Positions 9,367 through 19,446 of a stretch of 64,000 bases of DNA are shown in pieces. The notes under the pieces are model-generated. The model worked only from the letters and a program-made list of their open reading frames with translations, did not search any database and was not told where the DNA came from. A program made the translations under genes and the position numbers. The DNA is from an uncultured Prevotellaceae bacterium (lineage in GTDB: Bacteria > Bacteroidota > Bacteroidia > Bacteroidales > Muribaculaceae): the NCBI GenBank assembly GCA_947167995.1, contig CAMVKS010000004.1:5604-69603 (forward strand), written 5' to 3'. The first letter of the stretch is position 1; the number at the start of each line of letters is the position of its first letter.

Positions 9367-10053
9367 TCATTTCTTGATTAGCTCGTAGGCTATATAAGAG
9401 CTGTATTGCTTGAGGAGACAGCAGCCGGCAAGGGCATAGTCGCATGCACGCAGGGGGCTGCGCAGCCTTGTTGGTAGTTTGTGTACTGGCATCATCATGA
9501 TGCCGTGGGTGCTGCCCAGGTCAAAGAGGTGTGATGTCATTTTCAGCACATCGTCTTTGGATAAATCGGTGCCACCATGCCATGTTTGGTGCTTGTGGTG
9601 GATGAGCCGGCGCCGCTTCTGTGACGGGATGTCGAAGATGAAACGGCCACCAGGCTTGAGGATGCGGTGTGCCTCGGTGATTATGTCCTGGATGAGAGAT
9701 GGATCAAGGTGCATCATCAAGTGAAAACAGTAGATGGTGTGGAACATGTTGTCGTCGAATCCAGTTTCGGCCGCCGATGCTTGACGGAACATGACCTGCG
9801 GATGCCGCTGCTGAGCGTGTTTCATCATGGCTGCGCTGGCATCGAGGGCATGGGTGGCGTAGCCAGTGAGCCTGCCCGTGCCGCACGCTATTTCCAGACG
9901 CTTGCCGCCAGGGATTGGCTTTATGAGCTTGTTGAGCAAGCGCCGCTCCTGGTAGTCGATGAATTGTCCGTAGCTGCCCCCGAAGCGGCTGTTGTCGTAG
10001 TCATCGGCAATGTTGTCGTAGTAATCAACAACTGTGTTATTTTTGTTTGCCAT
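9367..10053 (-). CDS. Class I SAM-dependent methyltransferase
   Basis: Motif I LEIACGTG; FHTIYC...HRILKPGGRF. Confidence 0.9.
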   Translation of the reverse strand: MANKNNTVVDYYDNIADDYDNSRFGGSYGQFIDYQERRLLNKLIKPIPGGKRLEIACGTGRLTGYATHALDASAAMMKHAQQRHPQVMFRQASAAETGFDDNMFHTIYCFHLMMHLDPSLIQDIITEAHRILKPGGRFIFDIPSQKRRRLIHHKHQTWHGGTDLSKDDVLKMTSHLFDLGSTHGIMMMPVHKLPTRLRSPLRACDYALAGCCLLKQYSSYIAYELIKK

Positions 10054-10250
10054 CTTAGTCGTTGGTGTTTAATCAAGAAATGTAGTTACATTAATGCTGA
10101 AAACCTCTTGTTGCAAGAGTTAATGGATTGGTGCTCTGCTGTTTGACTTTTCTTTTAAAGTACAAAATTAGTGTTTTTGTTGGTTGCGGGCAAATTTTAC
10201 ACTGAAAAAGTTTATTGGCAATAAGTATTCTGTTTTCATTTCATTTTTTA

Positions 10251-10258
10251 TACCTTTG
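10251..10258 (+). promoter_or_regulatory. Bacteroidota -7 box
   Basis: TACCTTTG 30 nt upstream of the MBOAT start. Confidence 0.65.
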
Positions 10259-10287
10259 TAAATTATTTTTCTACTACATCCCGCACA

Positions 10288-11727
10288 ATGTCGTTTAATT
10301 CTATAGAATTTATCATTTTCTTGCCATTGGTATTTTTGCTTTACTGGTTTGTGCTTAGGAGCACCAAAAAGCAGAACATGCTGATTGTGGTGGCAAGTTA
10401 TGTGTTTTATGGATGGTGGGACTGGAGGTTCTTGGTCTTGATAGCCATCACCACGCTTTGCAGCTATGCGAGCGGCTTGCTGATAGCGCGATGTGAGGGC
10501 AGGCGCCGATGTCAAAAAGCGGTGAGTGCCGCCAACATTGTCCTGAACCTCTCGATATTGGCCGTTTTCAAGTATTACAACTTCTTCATAACCAGTCTTA
10601 ATGATGTGTTTGCCATGTTTGGCCTGACGCTCGACTGGCCCACGGCAAGCATCATTCTCCCGGTGGGAATAAGTTTCTACACCTTCCAGGCATTGAGCTA
10701 CTCAATTGATGTCTATCGCAAAAAGATAGAGCCGGTGCGCGACATGGTGGCCTTCTTTGCTTTCATCAGCTTCTTTCCACAGCTTGTGGCGGGCCCCATT
10801 GAGCGAGCCACCAACTTGCTGCCACAGTTCTTAAAGCCGCGCACCTTCGACTACAGCAAGGCGGTAGATGGCTGCCGCCAGATGCTGTGGGGCTTTTTCA
10901 AGAAGCTAATCATAGCCGACTCAATAGCCGGGGTTGTAGATGGCGTGTGGAACAATTATGCCGACCATTTTGCGTTCAACTTGGTTGTTTGCAGTGTTTT
11001 GTTCTCATTTCAGATTTATTGTGACTTTTCGGGTTATAGCGACATAGCTATAGGTTGTGCGCGATTATTTGGCATAAATTTATCGAGGAACTTCGACATC
11101 CCCTACCTTTCGCGCAGCCTGCCAGAGTTTTGGCGCCGCTGGCACATCTCATTGATGTCGTGGTTTCGCGATTATGTTTATTTTCCTATGGGTGGTAGCC
11201 GGCGTGGCTTGGGCAGGACCATCTTCAATCTCTATGTGGTGTTCTTCATTAGTGGTCTGTGGCACGGCGCCGAATGGTCGTTTGTGCTTTGGGGACTCTT
11301 TCATGCCACATTTTGCGCGCTCTATCGCTTCTTGCCATTAAAGAGCAAGTTTGAGCACAGTGTGGGCTACAATCGCTTGCTGCCTTCGCTCAATGAAGTT
11401 GTTATGATAGTGTTCACATTCTTCCTGGTGACGTGGGGCTGGATTTTGTTCCGTGCTCCCGACATCAGCACGGCATGTAGCTTCATCAGCCACATGTGCA
11501 GCAGCTCAATATTTCACTTCGACTACGTCATTGGCAAGTGGCAGCTATTGTTGTGCTTGATGCTCATGGTTGTGGAGTGGATACAGCGCGACAAGCAGCA
11601 TGTGCTTCAACTTTCGGGTAAGATTTTCGCCAAGCGGTGGGTGAGGTGGACACTCTATGTGCTGATTGTCCTCTACACCTTGCTGTGGCAAGAAACGAGT
11701 CAGGTTTTCTTGTATTTCCAATTCTGA
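10288..11727 (+). CDS. MBOAT family O-acyltransferase (AlgI/DltB-like)
   Basis: LPVGISFYTFQ, FFPQLVAGPIER, DFSGYSDIA, EFWRRWHISL, GLWHGA. Confidence 0.95.
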   Translation: MSFNSIEFIIFLPLVFLLYWFVLRSTKKQNMLIVVASYVFYGWWDWRFLVLIAITTLCSYASGLLIARCEGRRRCQKAVSAANIVLNLSILAVFKYYNFFITSLNDVFAMFGLTLDWPTASIILPVGISFYTFQALSYSIDVYRKKIEPVRDMVAFFAFISFFPQLVAGPIERATNLLPQFLKPRTFDYSKAVDGCRQMLWGFFKKLIIADSIAGVVDGVWNNYADHFAFNLVVCSVLFSFQIYCDFSGYSDIAIGCARLFGINLSRNFDIPYLSRSLPEFWRRWHISLMSWFRDYVYFPMGGSRRGLGRTIFNLYVVFFISGLWHGAEWSFVLWGLFHATFCALYRFLPLKSKFEHSVGYNRLLPSLNEVVMIVFTFFLVTWGWILFRAPDISTACSFISHMCSSSIFHFDYVIGKWQLLLCLMLMVVEWIQRDKQHVLQLSGKIFAKRWVRWTLYVLIVLYTLLWQETSQVFLYFQF

Positions 11728-11744
11728 AATAAAAAGGTAGTGCT

Positions 11745-12671
11745 ATGAAGCGTTTTTTAAAATACTCTGCATTGTTTCTTGCCATCGTTGGCGTGCTGCT
11801 GGGGTGCTGCGAAATTGTGGTGCGCAACACTCCCAACTCCTATACCTTGAAGAACGACTGGATGACGCAGCATGGCAGCCGCGTGCGAACCCTTATTACA
11901 GGAAATTCTCACGCCTATTATGGCATAAAGCCCAGTGTGATGGGCGATAGCATTTTCAATATTGCCAATGTGACGCAAAATCATGAATATGACTATTTCC
12001 TGCTCACAAAATTTGAATCGCAGCTCACCAATGTCAAGAACTTGGTAGTCATTGTGGATGAAACCAACATTTTTGATCTACCCCTAGAGGACGGCAAGGA
12101 ATGGTTCAGGGGCATTTACTACAAGATTTATTACGGCTACGACAAGCATAGCAACTTCTCAAAATATAATTTTGAGATTTCAAACTTCTCACGTTTCACC
12201 CTTAAGTGTCAGCGTATAGTGGAAAATTTCTTCACCGGAGCCACTTCCCGCGACTGCGACAGTTTGGGATGGGGCTGCATCTTTACAGCACCCGATCATT
12301 TCGACACTGCGGCGATGCTCGAGGAGGCAAAGTTCACAGTCGAGGCTCACGGCTGCAAGGATTGGTCGCTGGTGGATTACAACGTGCGGTATCTTAACAA
12401 AATAGGCGAGTGGTGCAAGCGTCGCAATGTAAACATTATTGTCATCACCCCGCCCATGTGGGAGAAATATGTTGGCATGATTAATCCTAAGCAGATTGCT
12501 ATCATGCATGACGTAATAAATAGATTTGTGAGCAAGTATGATGCGAAATACGGAGATTACATGCTCGACAGCCGTTTTGCGGGCCGTGATTTTCGCGATA
12601 GCGATCATCTGTCGGACTTGGGGGCCGAGAAGTTCTCGCGCATTCTCAAGCAAGATTTCCCTGAGTTGTAG
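11745..12671 (+). CDS. SGNH-like periplasmic partner of the MBOAT (AlgJ/DltD-like)
   Basis: N-terminal TM anchor, ITGNSH and DSDH motifs, directly downstream of the MBOAT gene. Confidence 0.7.
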   Translation: MKRFLKYSALFLAIVGVLLGCCEIVVRNTPNSYTLKNDWMTQHGSRVRTLITGNSHAYYGIKPSVMGDSIFNIANVTQNHEYDYFLLTKFESQLTNVKNLVVIVDETNIFDLPLEDGKEWFRGIYYKIYYGYDKHSNFSKYNFEISNFSRFTLKCQRIVENFFTGATSRDCDSLGWGCIFTAPDHFDTAAMLEEAKFTVEAHGCKDWSLVDYNVRYLNKIGEWCKRRNVNIIVITPPMWEKYVGMINPKQIAIMHDVINRFVSKYDAKYGDYMLDSRFAGRDFRDSDHLSDLGAEKFSRILKQDFPEL

Positions 12672-12773
12672 TGGATGCAATCAAAACCAATCTTGAGCTT
12701 ATTTGGGTTTCAACCCAAATCGGTCATTAGGCCGACGAATGTTTTTTTAGGTCTGTTTATGTCATATCAGCTT

Positions 12774-12781
12774 TATTTTTG
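12774..12781 (+). promoter_or_regulatory. Orphan -7 box pointing at the eno terminator
   Basis: TATTTTTG with no convincing downstream CDS before the hairpin at 12901-12936. Confidence 0.35.
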
Positions 12782-12900
12782 CATCTTGCTGCAGATATTG
12801 TCTCGCCATAGCCCGCTATGCCTTCAACAACATCTTTACAACTTGCTAAAAATAAAACCTGATCTAACATAAATCCTAATGCCCGATTCGGGTTTAACAC

Positions 12901-12936
12901 AAAGGAGAGAGTCCTGGGCGGACTCCCTCCTTTTTT
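12901..12936. terminator. Terminator hairpin downstream of eno
   Basis: AAAGGAGAGAGTCC / GGACTCCCTCCTTT stem (one mismatch) with a T6 tract on +. Confidence 0.75.
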
Positions 12937-12958
12937 GATTTCATTGTGCTGTGCCGGC

Positions 12959-14275
<1,317 letters not shown>

Positions 14276-14314
14276 TTATTTGAGTGTTTTATAATGAATG
14301 TTTTTATTTTTTTG

Positions 14315-14322
14315 CAAAAATA
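14315..14322 (-). promoter_or_regulatory. Bacteroidota -7 box for eno
   Basis: TATTTTTG on the - strand 49 nt upstream of the ATG. Confidence 0.65.
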
Positions 14323-14495
14323 CAGCAAAACTTTCTAAAGTCAAAATGAGAAGCAAATTAATGGAGTAAAACCCCAAGACAAACGATTGCTTAAATCAAT
14401 GCACATATTGATGGAGACAGGCTCATAGCACACCGCAATTGCAGCAGGCTTTTCATATCTCAAGTCTGTGATGTCTGATACCTGATGTCTACTCA

Positions 14496-17400
14496 TCACG
14501 GATTAACTACCGACGGATAGGCACGGTAATAACTATTGACACCGTCGCTGGCTATGAGCACCAGAGTGAAATAGCCTGGAGCAAGGGGTGCCAGTTCAAC
14601 CGTCTGCATTCCCTGGGTGTAGCCCGGGGTGATGCCAGCGACGGCAGGGTTGTCGACATAGCCCTGAAATCCGCTGCTCAGGGTTTGACCGGTGCTGTTT
14701 TTTACAGCTCTCAGCACCTGAGGAGAGTCGTTAAGAGACATAGTGTTCTTAATGTATCCTACAGTCACACCCCTAAAGGTGTAGGCTGTAGAAATGTCAA
14801 CGCCAGTGAGTATGTAGTCATATATCAATGTTATGTCATAGGCCGTCACAGTTCCATCTTGATTAACATCAAAGTTTCCATCGTAGTCGCTGGCGAGATC
14901 TCCCAGAAAGTAGGAATATATCAAGGTGATATCGGCGGCATTGGTCATATTATCGTCATTGACATCAACCCCATTTTTGAGATAAGAACCGCCCTTGATG
15001 CTTTTTGCACTGCCCCACACCGATGCCGAACCATAGAGCCCTAAGGCCTCAACAGGCACAAACAACGAAACCGACGACACATTCTCGAAGAAACTGTTGT
15101 CGACTTGCGGAGCGGTAGTGTTGCAAAGCCACATTTCGGAGAGCGAAGAACAACCCTTGAAAACTTTAGCTCCAAAGTTTTCTACTTCAGAGGTAAAAAA
15201 CACTTTGCCAAGCAAAGAGCAATTCTCAAAAGCCTCGTCTCCCAAGCTTCGCAGAGTATTGCTGAACACAACTCCCCTGAGCGAAGAGCAACCCTTGAAC
15301 GCGCGGTCGCCAATGTGCATGACCCTACCATGACACAGCGGGAATTGCAGCAACTGCGAGCAATTGACAAAGGCCTCGGCACCAATCTCGCCGAGTAGCT
15401 CACCACCAGTGAAGGTAGTGAGCGAAGAGCAACCGGCAAATGCCCGAACACCAATCTCAAATACCGTTTTAGCCTTCCCCACTGTGGTCAATGCCGCACA
15501 GCCTTTGAAGGCTTCAGCGCCGATGAATGAGAGTTTGTTGTTGAAATTTACAACTTTCAAGTTGTTGTTCCAAGCAGCAGCCTGAGGCATAATAGTATCG
15601 ACCATGCTTGGCAGTGTGAACGACTGTGCCGCTTTATAACGTGGATAGAAGTATAGTATAGTCTCTTTATTGTTATATAAGACACCATCGTTTATTTTTA
15701 AGAACGGGTTTTGACTGCTCACTGTAAACCCTTGCAGTGCTGCGAGCGAAGATAGCGGGTTGATGTTGCCTGCCATGCCTATAGCCGACAGGCTATCGCA
15801 TGAAATATTCAAGTTTTTCACCAATTGTGTCACATGACTCGTCGACGTGGAACTCATCTCTGTGACGTAATAGTTACAGCCACTAAGCTCAATGCTATTG
15901 GGGATGGTGAGAGTGCCACTACTGTTGACGGCTGCAGGCAGCACATCGACAAGTGTCACCTGATGGCGTCTGTTCCAATCATAGGCAAAGTTTCCTAATA
16001 TTTCCACATCGTTGCGCTCTTCGATGCTCTTGAAACCCTGCCATGCCGCCAGCGACTGATAAGCTCCTGCGGCTGCGGTGGGCACCTGCAGTTTCGTTGC
16101 CGACTTGAAACTTGCAGTCAAACCGCTTGTGCTATCGTTGCTGGGATTTGAATTACGGTAGTTGATGGTCTCGATGCTGGCATCTTCAAAACAATTATCA
16201 CCAAAGACAACCACAGTCTCAGGTATCGCCAGCCGTTTCAAATACATCACGCCTTTCATGGCATTCTCTCCCAACTCTTGGGTGCCACAAGGAATATAGA
16301 AGTTGGCATCGGGCTTGGCAATGGGATATATCACAAGCTTGCTCATCTTGTCAAGTATGCCCTCTTGGTACCCATCACTGATTTGGCGTTCAAACAGCAC
16401 GCCTTCGACCGATGCGTAAATGCCGTTCAACGCATCAACAGCAATTTCCTGCAACGATGAGCTTCCTTCAAACGCATCAAAGTCGACAATAGTAACCGAG
16501 CGAGGCAGCATGATTGAGACAAGACTTGGACAATTGCCAAAAGTGGCCTCGCCTATTGTCGACACACCATGCAGCAAGTCAACCTGGCTCAGACTCGTGC
16601 AACCATAAAATGCCATCCGAGGTAAATCACGCAAGGTCGATGGCAACTGAACCGTCGCCAACGAACTGCAACCAGCAAATGCTTTCTCGCCCATATCAGA
16701 AATGCCTTCAACCAGAACGACGTTGTTCAGCTGTTTACATTGTGCAAAACATTCCACGCCAAGCCTGTTGAGCTTCAAGGCTTTGCTGGTGTCGAGCCGC
16801 TTCAGCCACGTAGCCTTGAAGGCCATGTCGCCAATGGAAGTGACATAATACCTGTCGCTGTTGTAGCCTGTAACAGAATTTCTCACCACTACCTCATTGC
16901 CCTGAATGCTCTTGCCCGTCAACGACACCGAATTGGACGAGGTTTTAAGGTACTGATAACCATTGCTGTCGATAAAAGTGTAAGGCAATTCCTCAATGGA
17001 ATATTTCTTCCAGCCATTGGCATTCTCATAAAGAGCGGCAGTGGCTCCAGCGGTTCCCGATGATGGAACTTTGATAGTGACCTTCGACGCATCGAGCGAG
17101 AAAGGATCGCCCTGGAGCAACAACGGTGTCTCTTTCATCACTGTAATGCTGTTCAAGTTTCCACAACCTTCAAATATAGTGATTCCCAAGTGCTGCATGT
17201 TGCCTGGAAGCATTATTCTGGTCAACGACGAGCATCGAGCAAATGCATTTGTGCCCAGGCTTGTAAGACCTCCACGGCCTTCCAGTTCATCGCTCGACAC
17301 CCACTCAACTTTTTCAAGAGCCGAGCAACCCATGAAAGCACCAGTGCCAACCTCGAGTGGCGTGTCGTTGTCGAAATACACGTCACCGAGCGAGGTGCAA

Positions 17401-17798
17401 CCATTAAAGGCATAATCTCCCACTGCAGTGACCGCAGGCGTGATTGTTATTGTTGTCAATGAGCTACAGCCCATGAATGCTCGCTTGCCCAGGCTCACGA
17501 TGTTGTCACCGAGTGTTACCGAGGTGAGGCCGGCACTGTTGCGGAAGGCGTTGTCGCCCACCGCAGTGACGTCATAGACCGTGGTGCCGTTGGCCACATG
17601 CGACGGTATCACCACATGGCCGCTATAGCTGTTGTAAGTGTCGCTCGCACAAGTCACCTCGACTGTCCCAGTGGTGTTATTGATATTGTAGTAGATGCCA
17701 TTGCTGCTGAAATCGTAGGCATGGCATGTGGCATATCCCGTGGCCGCCAGCAAGGCGAGCATCAGCAGGACACGCTGCCACAACTTTATATTTTTCAT
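14496..17798 (-). CDS. BspA-type leucine-rich-repeat surface protein with an internal dockerin and a C-terminal Ig-like segment
   Basis: Many 'IG..AF.GCSSL..V.L' repeats; duplicated DVNxDxxxxAxDITxIY motif near the C-terminus; start moved to MKNIKLW (signal peptide). Confidence 0.9.
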   Translation of the reverse strand: MKNIKLWQRVLLMLALLAATGYATCHAYDFSSNGIYYNINNTTGTVEVTCASDTYNSYSGHVVIPSHVANGTTVYDVTAVGDNAFRNSAGLTSVTLGDNIVSLGKRAFMGCSSLTTITITPAVTAVGDYAFNGCTSLGDVYFDNDTPLEVGTGAFMGCSALEKVEWVSSDELEGRGGLTSLGTNAFARCSSLTRIMLPGNMQHLGITIFEGCGNLNSITVMKETPLLLQGDPFSLDASKVTIKVPSSGTAGATAALYENANGWKKYSIEELPYTFIDSNGYQYLKTSSNSVSLTGKSIQGNEVVVRNSVTGYNSDRYYVTSIGDMAFKATWLKRLDTSKALKLNRLGVECFAQCKQLNNVVLVEGISDMGEKAFAGCSSLATVQLPSTLRDLPRMAFYGCTSLSQVDLLHGVSTIGEATFGNCPSLVSIMLPRSVTIVDFDAFEGSSSLQEIAVDALNGIYASVEGVLFERQISDGYQEGILDKMSKLVIYPIAKPDANFYIPCGTQELGENAMKGVMYLKRLAIPETVVVFGDNCFEDASIETINYRNSNPSNDSTSGLTASFKSATKLQVPTAAAGAYQSLAAWQGFKSIEERNDVEILGNFAYDWNRRHQVTLVDVLPAAVNSSGTLTIPNSIELSGCNYYVTEMSSTSTSHVTQLVKNLNISCDSLSAIGMAGNINPLSSLAALQGFTVSSQNPFLKINDGVLYNNKETILYFYPRYKAAQSFTLPSMVDTIMPQAAAWNNNLKVVNFNNKLSFIGAEAFKGCAALTTVGKAKTVFEIGVRAFAGCSSLTTFTGGELLGEIGAEAFVNCSQLLQFPLCHGRVMHIGDRAFKGCSSLRGVVFSNTLRSLGDEAFENCSLLGKVFFTSEVENFGAKVFKGCSSLSEMWLCNTTAPQVDNSFFENVSSVSLFVPVEALGLYGSASVWGSAKSIKGGSYLKNGVDVNDDNMTNAADITLIYSYFLGDLASDYDGNFDVNQDGTVTAYDITLIYDYILTGVDISTAYTFRGVTVGYIKNTMSLNDSPQVLRAVKNSTGQTLSSGFQGYVDNPAVAGITPGYTQGMQTVELAPLAPGYFTLVLIASDGVNSYYRAYPSVVNP

Positions 17799-17903
17799 TG
17801 ACTTAGCTGGTATTATATATAATTTTATTTTTATATATAACGCAGAAAACACCTTATAAATTATTTAAGACCAAGTTTTTTTGAGCAAAAGCACGTTATT
17901 TCT

Positions 17904-17911
17904 TACCTTTG
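17904..17911 (+). promoter_or_regulatory. Bacteroidota -7 box for the NUDIX gene
   Basis: TACCTTTG 21 nt upstream of the ATG. Confidence 0.6.
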
Positions 17912-17931
17912 TGGAATAAAACAGAAAACTC

Positions 17932-18318
17932 ATGAATAAAAGCATAGAAGTGGTGGCTGCCATAATTGTCGACGAAGAAGGGCGAATTCTTGCCACCAAA
18001 CGCGGATATGGCGACATGAAAGGGGGATGGGAATTCCCTGGAGGAAAAATTGAAGCACATGAGACTGCCCAGCAGGCACTCAAGCGTGAGATTGACGAGG
18101 AACTCGACATGACAATCGAAGTGGGCGAAAAGCTTTGCACAGTGGAGTGGGACTACACTAAATTCCACCTCACAATGCATTGCTACTGGTGCCACATCGT
18201 TAAAGGGCATCCCACTCTGCTTGAGCACGAGGCGGCACGATGGCTCGACCAGGGAAACCTGTGGAGCGTAGACTGGCTGCCAGCCGACATCGAGGTGGTG
18301 AAACATATCATAACATGA
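17932..18318 (+). CDS. NUDIX hydrolase, MutT-like
   Basis: Nudix box GGKIEAHETAQQALKREIDEEL. Confidence 0.93.
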   Translation: MNKSIEVVAAIIVDEEGRILATKRGYGDMKGGWEFPGGKIEAHETAQQALKREIDEELDMTIEVGEKLCTVEWDYTKFHLTMHCYWCHIVKGHPTLLEHEAARWLDQGNLWSVDWLPADIEVVKHIIT

Positions 18319-18531
18319 GAAACATGAAAACAAGTTTAACACAACTCGGCATCAAGACTTCAACAACTTGAACCAATTATAAATTTACAATTTATTTTTG
18401 GAAGTTTCAATATTTTTTAATAATTTTGGAGGCAAATAATTGACATCTATCACAAATCATAGGTAATAAAGAGAAAATGAGATCATCCAATTTATAATTA
18501 ACTTTTTGTCTAACTAAAAAACAAAGCATTT

Positions 18532-19431
18532 ATGAAAAAAGTTTTATTTGCTTTAGCATTATGCGTGTCTTTTAGTGGGATGGCACAACTCTTGAATGTG
18601 ACTTCGATAGAGAAAATCAACATTCCAGAATCTAATGCCAACAAAGTTGCAGCAATCAGTCCTCAAGGTGACTACATCCTGGTGACTACCGACTACAACT
18701 GTGGTCTCACTAAATTTGACTTGGCAACGGGCGCCTCGCAGGTCATCACCCAGGCGCAAGGAGCCGGTTTTGATGCACAGATCTCAAGCGATGGAAAAAC
18801 TGTTGTCTATCGTGAGAGGTCTACCAAGAACCACTTGCAGATGACCGCCGTCAAATGCAGGAACCTCGAAACGGGTGCCGAGCAGCAGCTCGTAAAACCC
18901 ACTCACAACTTGCAGGCTGTCGCTATCGACGGCAACACTGCCATTGCCATCGACAAGGGCAAGATGTCGAAGAAAGCTATTGCCGAGGGCAAAGCACAGG
19001 TCAGCGTACCGGTACTCTCGACACAGAACTTCTACATGTACATCACCCAGAATGGCAAGACCCGCATGCTCGCACCCAAGGGCAGCGGCTACCGCTACAT
19101 CTGGGCTTCTCTCTCGCCCGATGCCAGCAAGGTGCTCTTCTGCTGCAGTGGCAACGGTGCCTATGTGTGCAACCTTGACGGCAGTGGCCTCATCAGCCTT
19201 GGCAACTACCGCGCTCCCAAGTGGATGGGCAATGACATGGTAGTGGCTATGGACTGCAAGGACAACGGCGAGGTATTCACCTCGAGCGAGGTTGTCGTTC
19301 TTGACCTCAGCGGCGACAAGCAGGTGCTCACTGGCGACGACGTGATTGCCATGTACCCCCTTCCTGCCGATGGCAAGATTGCGTTCTCTACTCCCACCGG
19401 CGAGGCCTATATTATTAACTTTACTAAATAA
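18532..19431 (+). CDS. Secreted beta-propeller (TolB/WD40-like) protein
   Basis: Signal peptide ending SGMA|Q; repeated ISPQGD, ISSDGK, LSPDAS blade motifs. Confidence 0.75.
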   Translation: MKKVLFALALCVSFSGMAQLLNVTSIEKINIPESNANKVAAISPQGDYILVTTDYNCGLTKFDLATGASQVITQAQGAGFDAQISSDGKTVVYRERSTKNHLQMTAVKCRNLETGAEQQLVKPTHNLQAVAIDGNTAIAIDKGKMSKKAIAEGKAQVSVPVLSTQNFYMYITQNGKTRMLAPKGSGYRYIWASLSPDASKVLFCCSGNGAYVCNLDGSGLISLGNYRAPKWMGNDMVVAMDCKDNGEVFTSSEVVVLDLSGDKQVLTGDDVIAMYPLPADGKIAFSTPTGEAYIINFTK

Positions 19432-19446
19432 AGGAGGAACCATATT

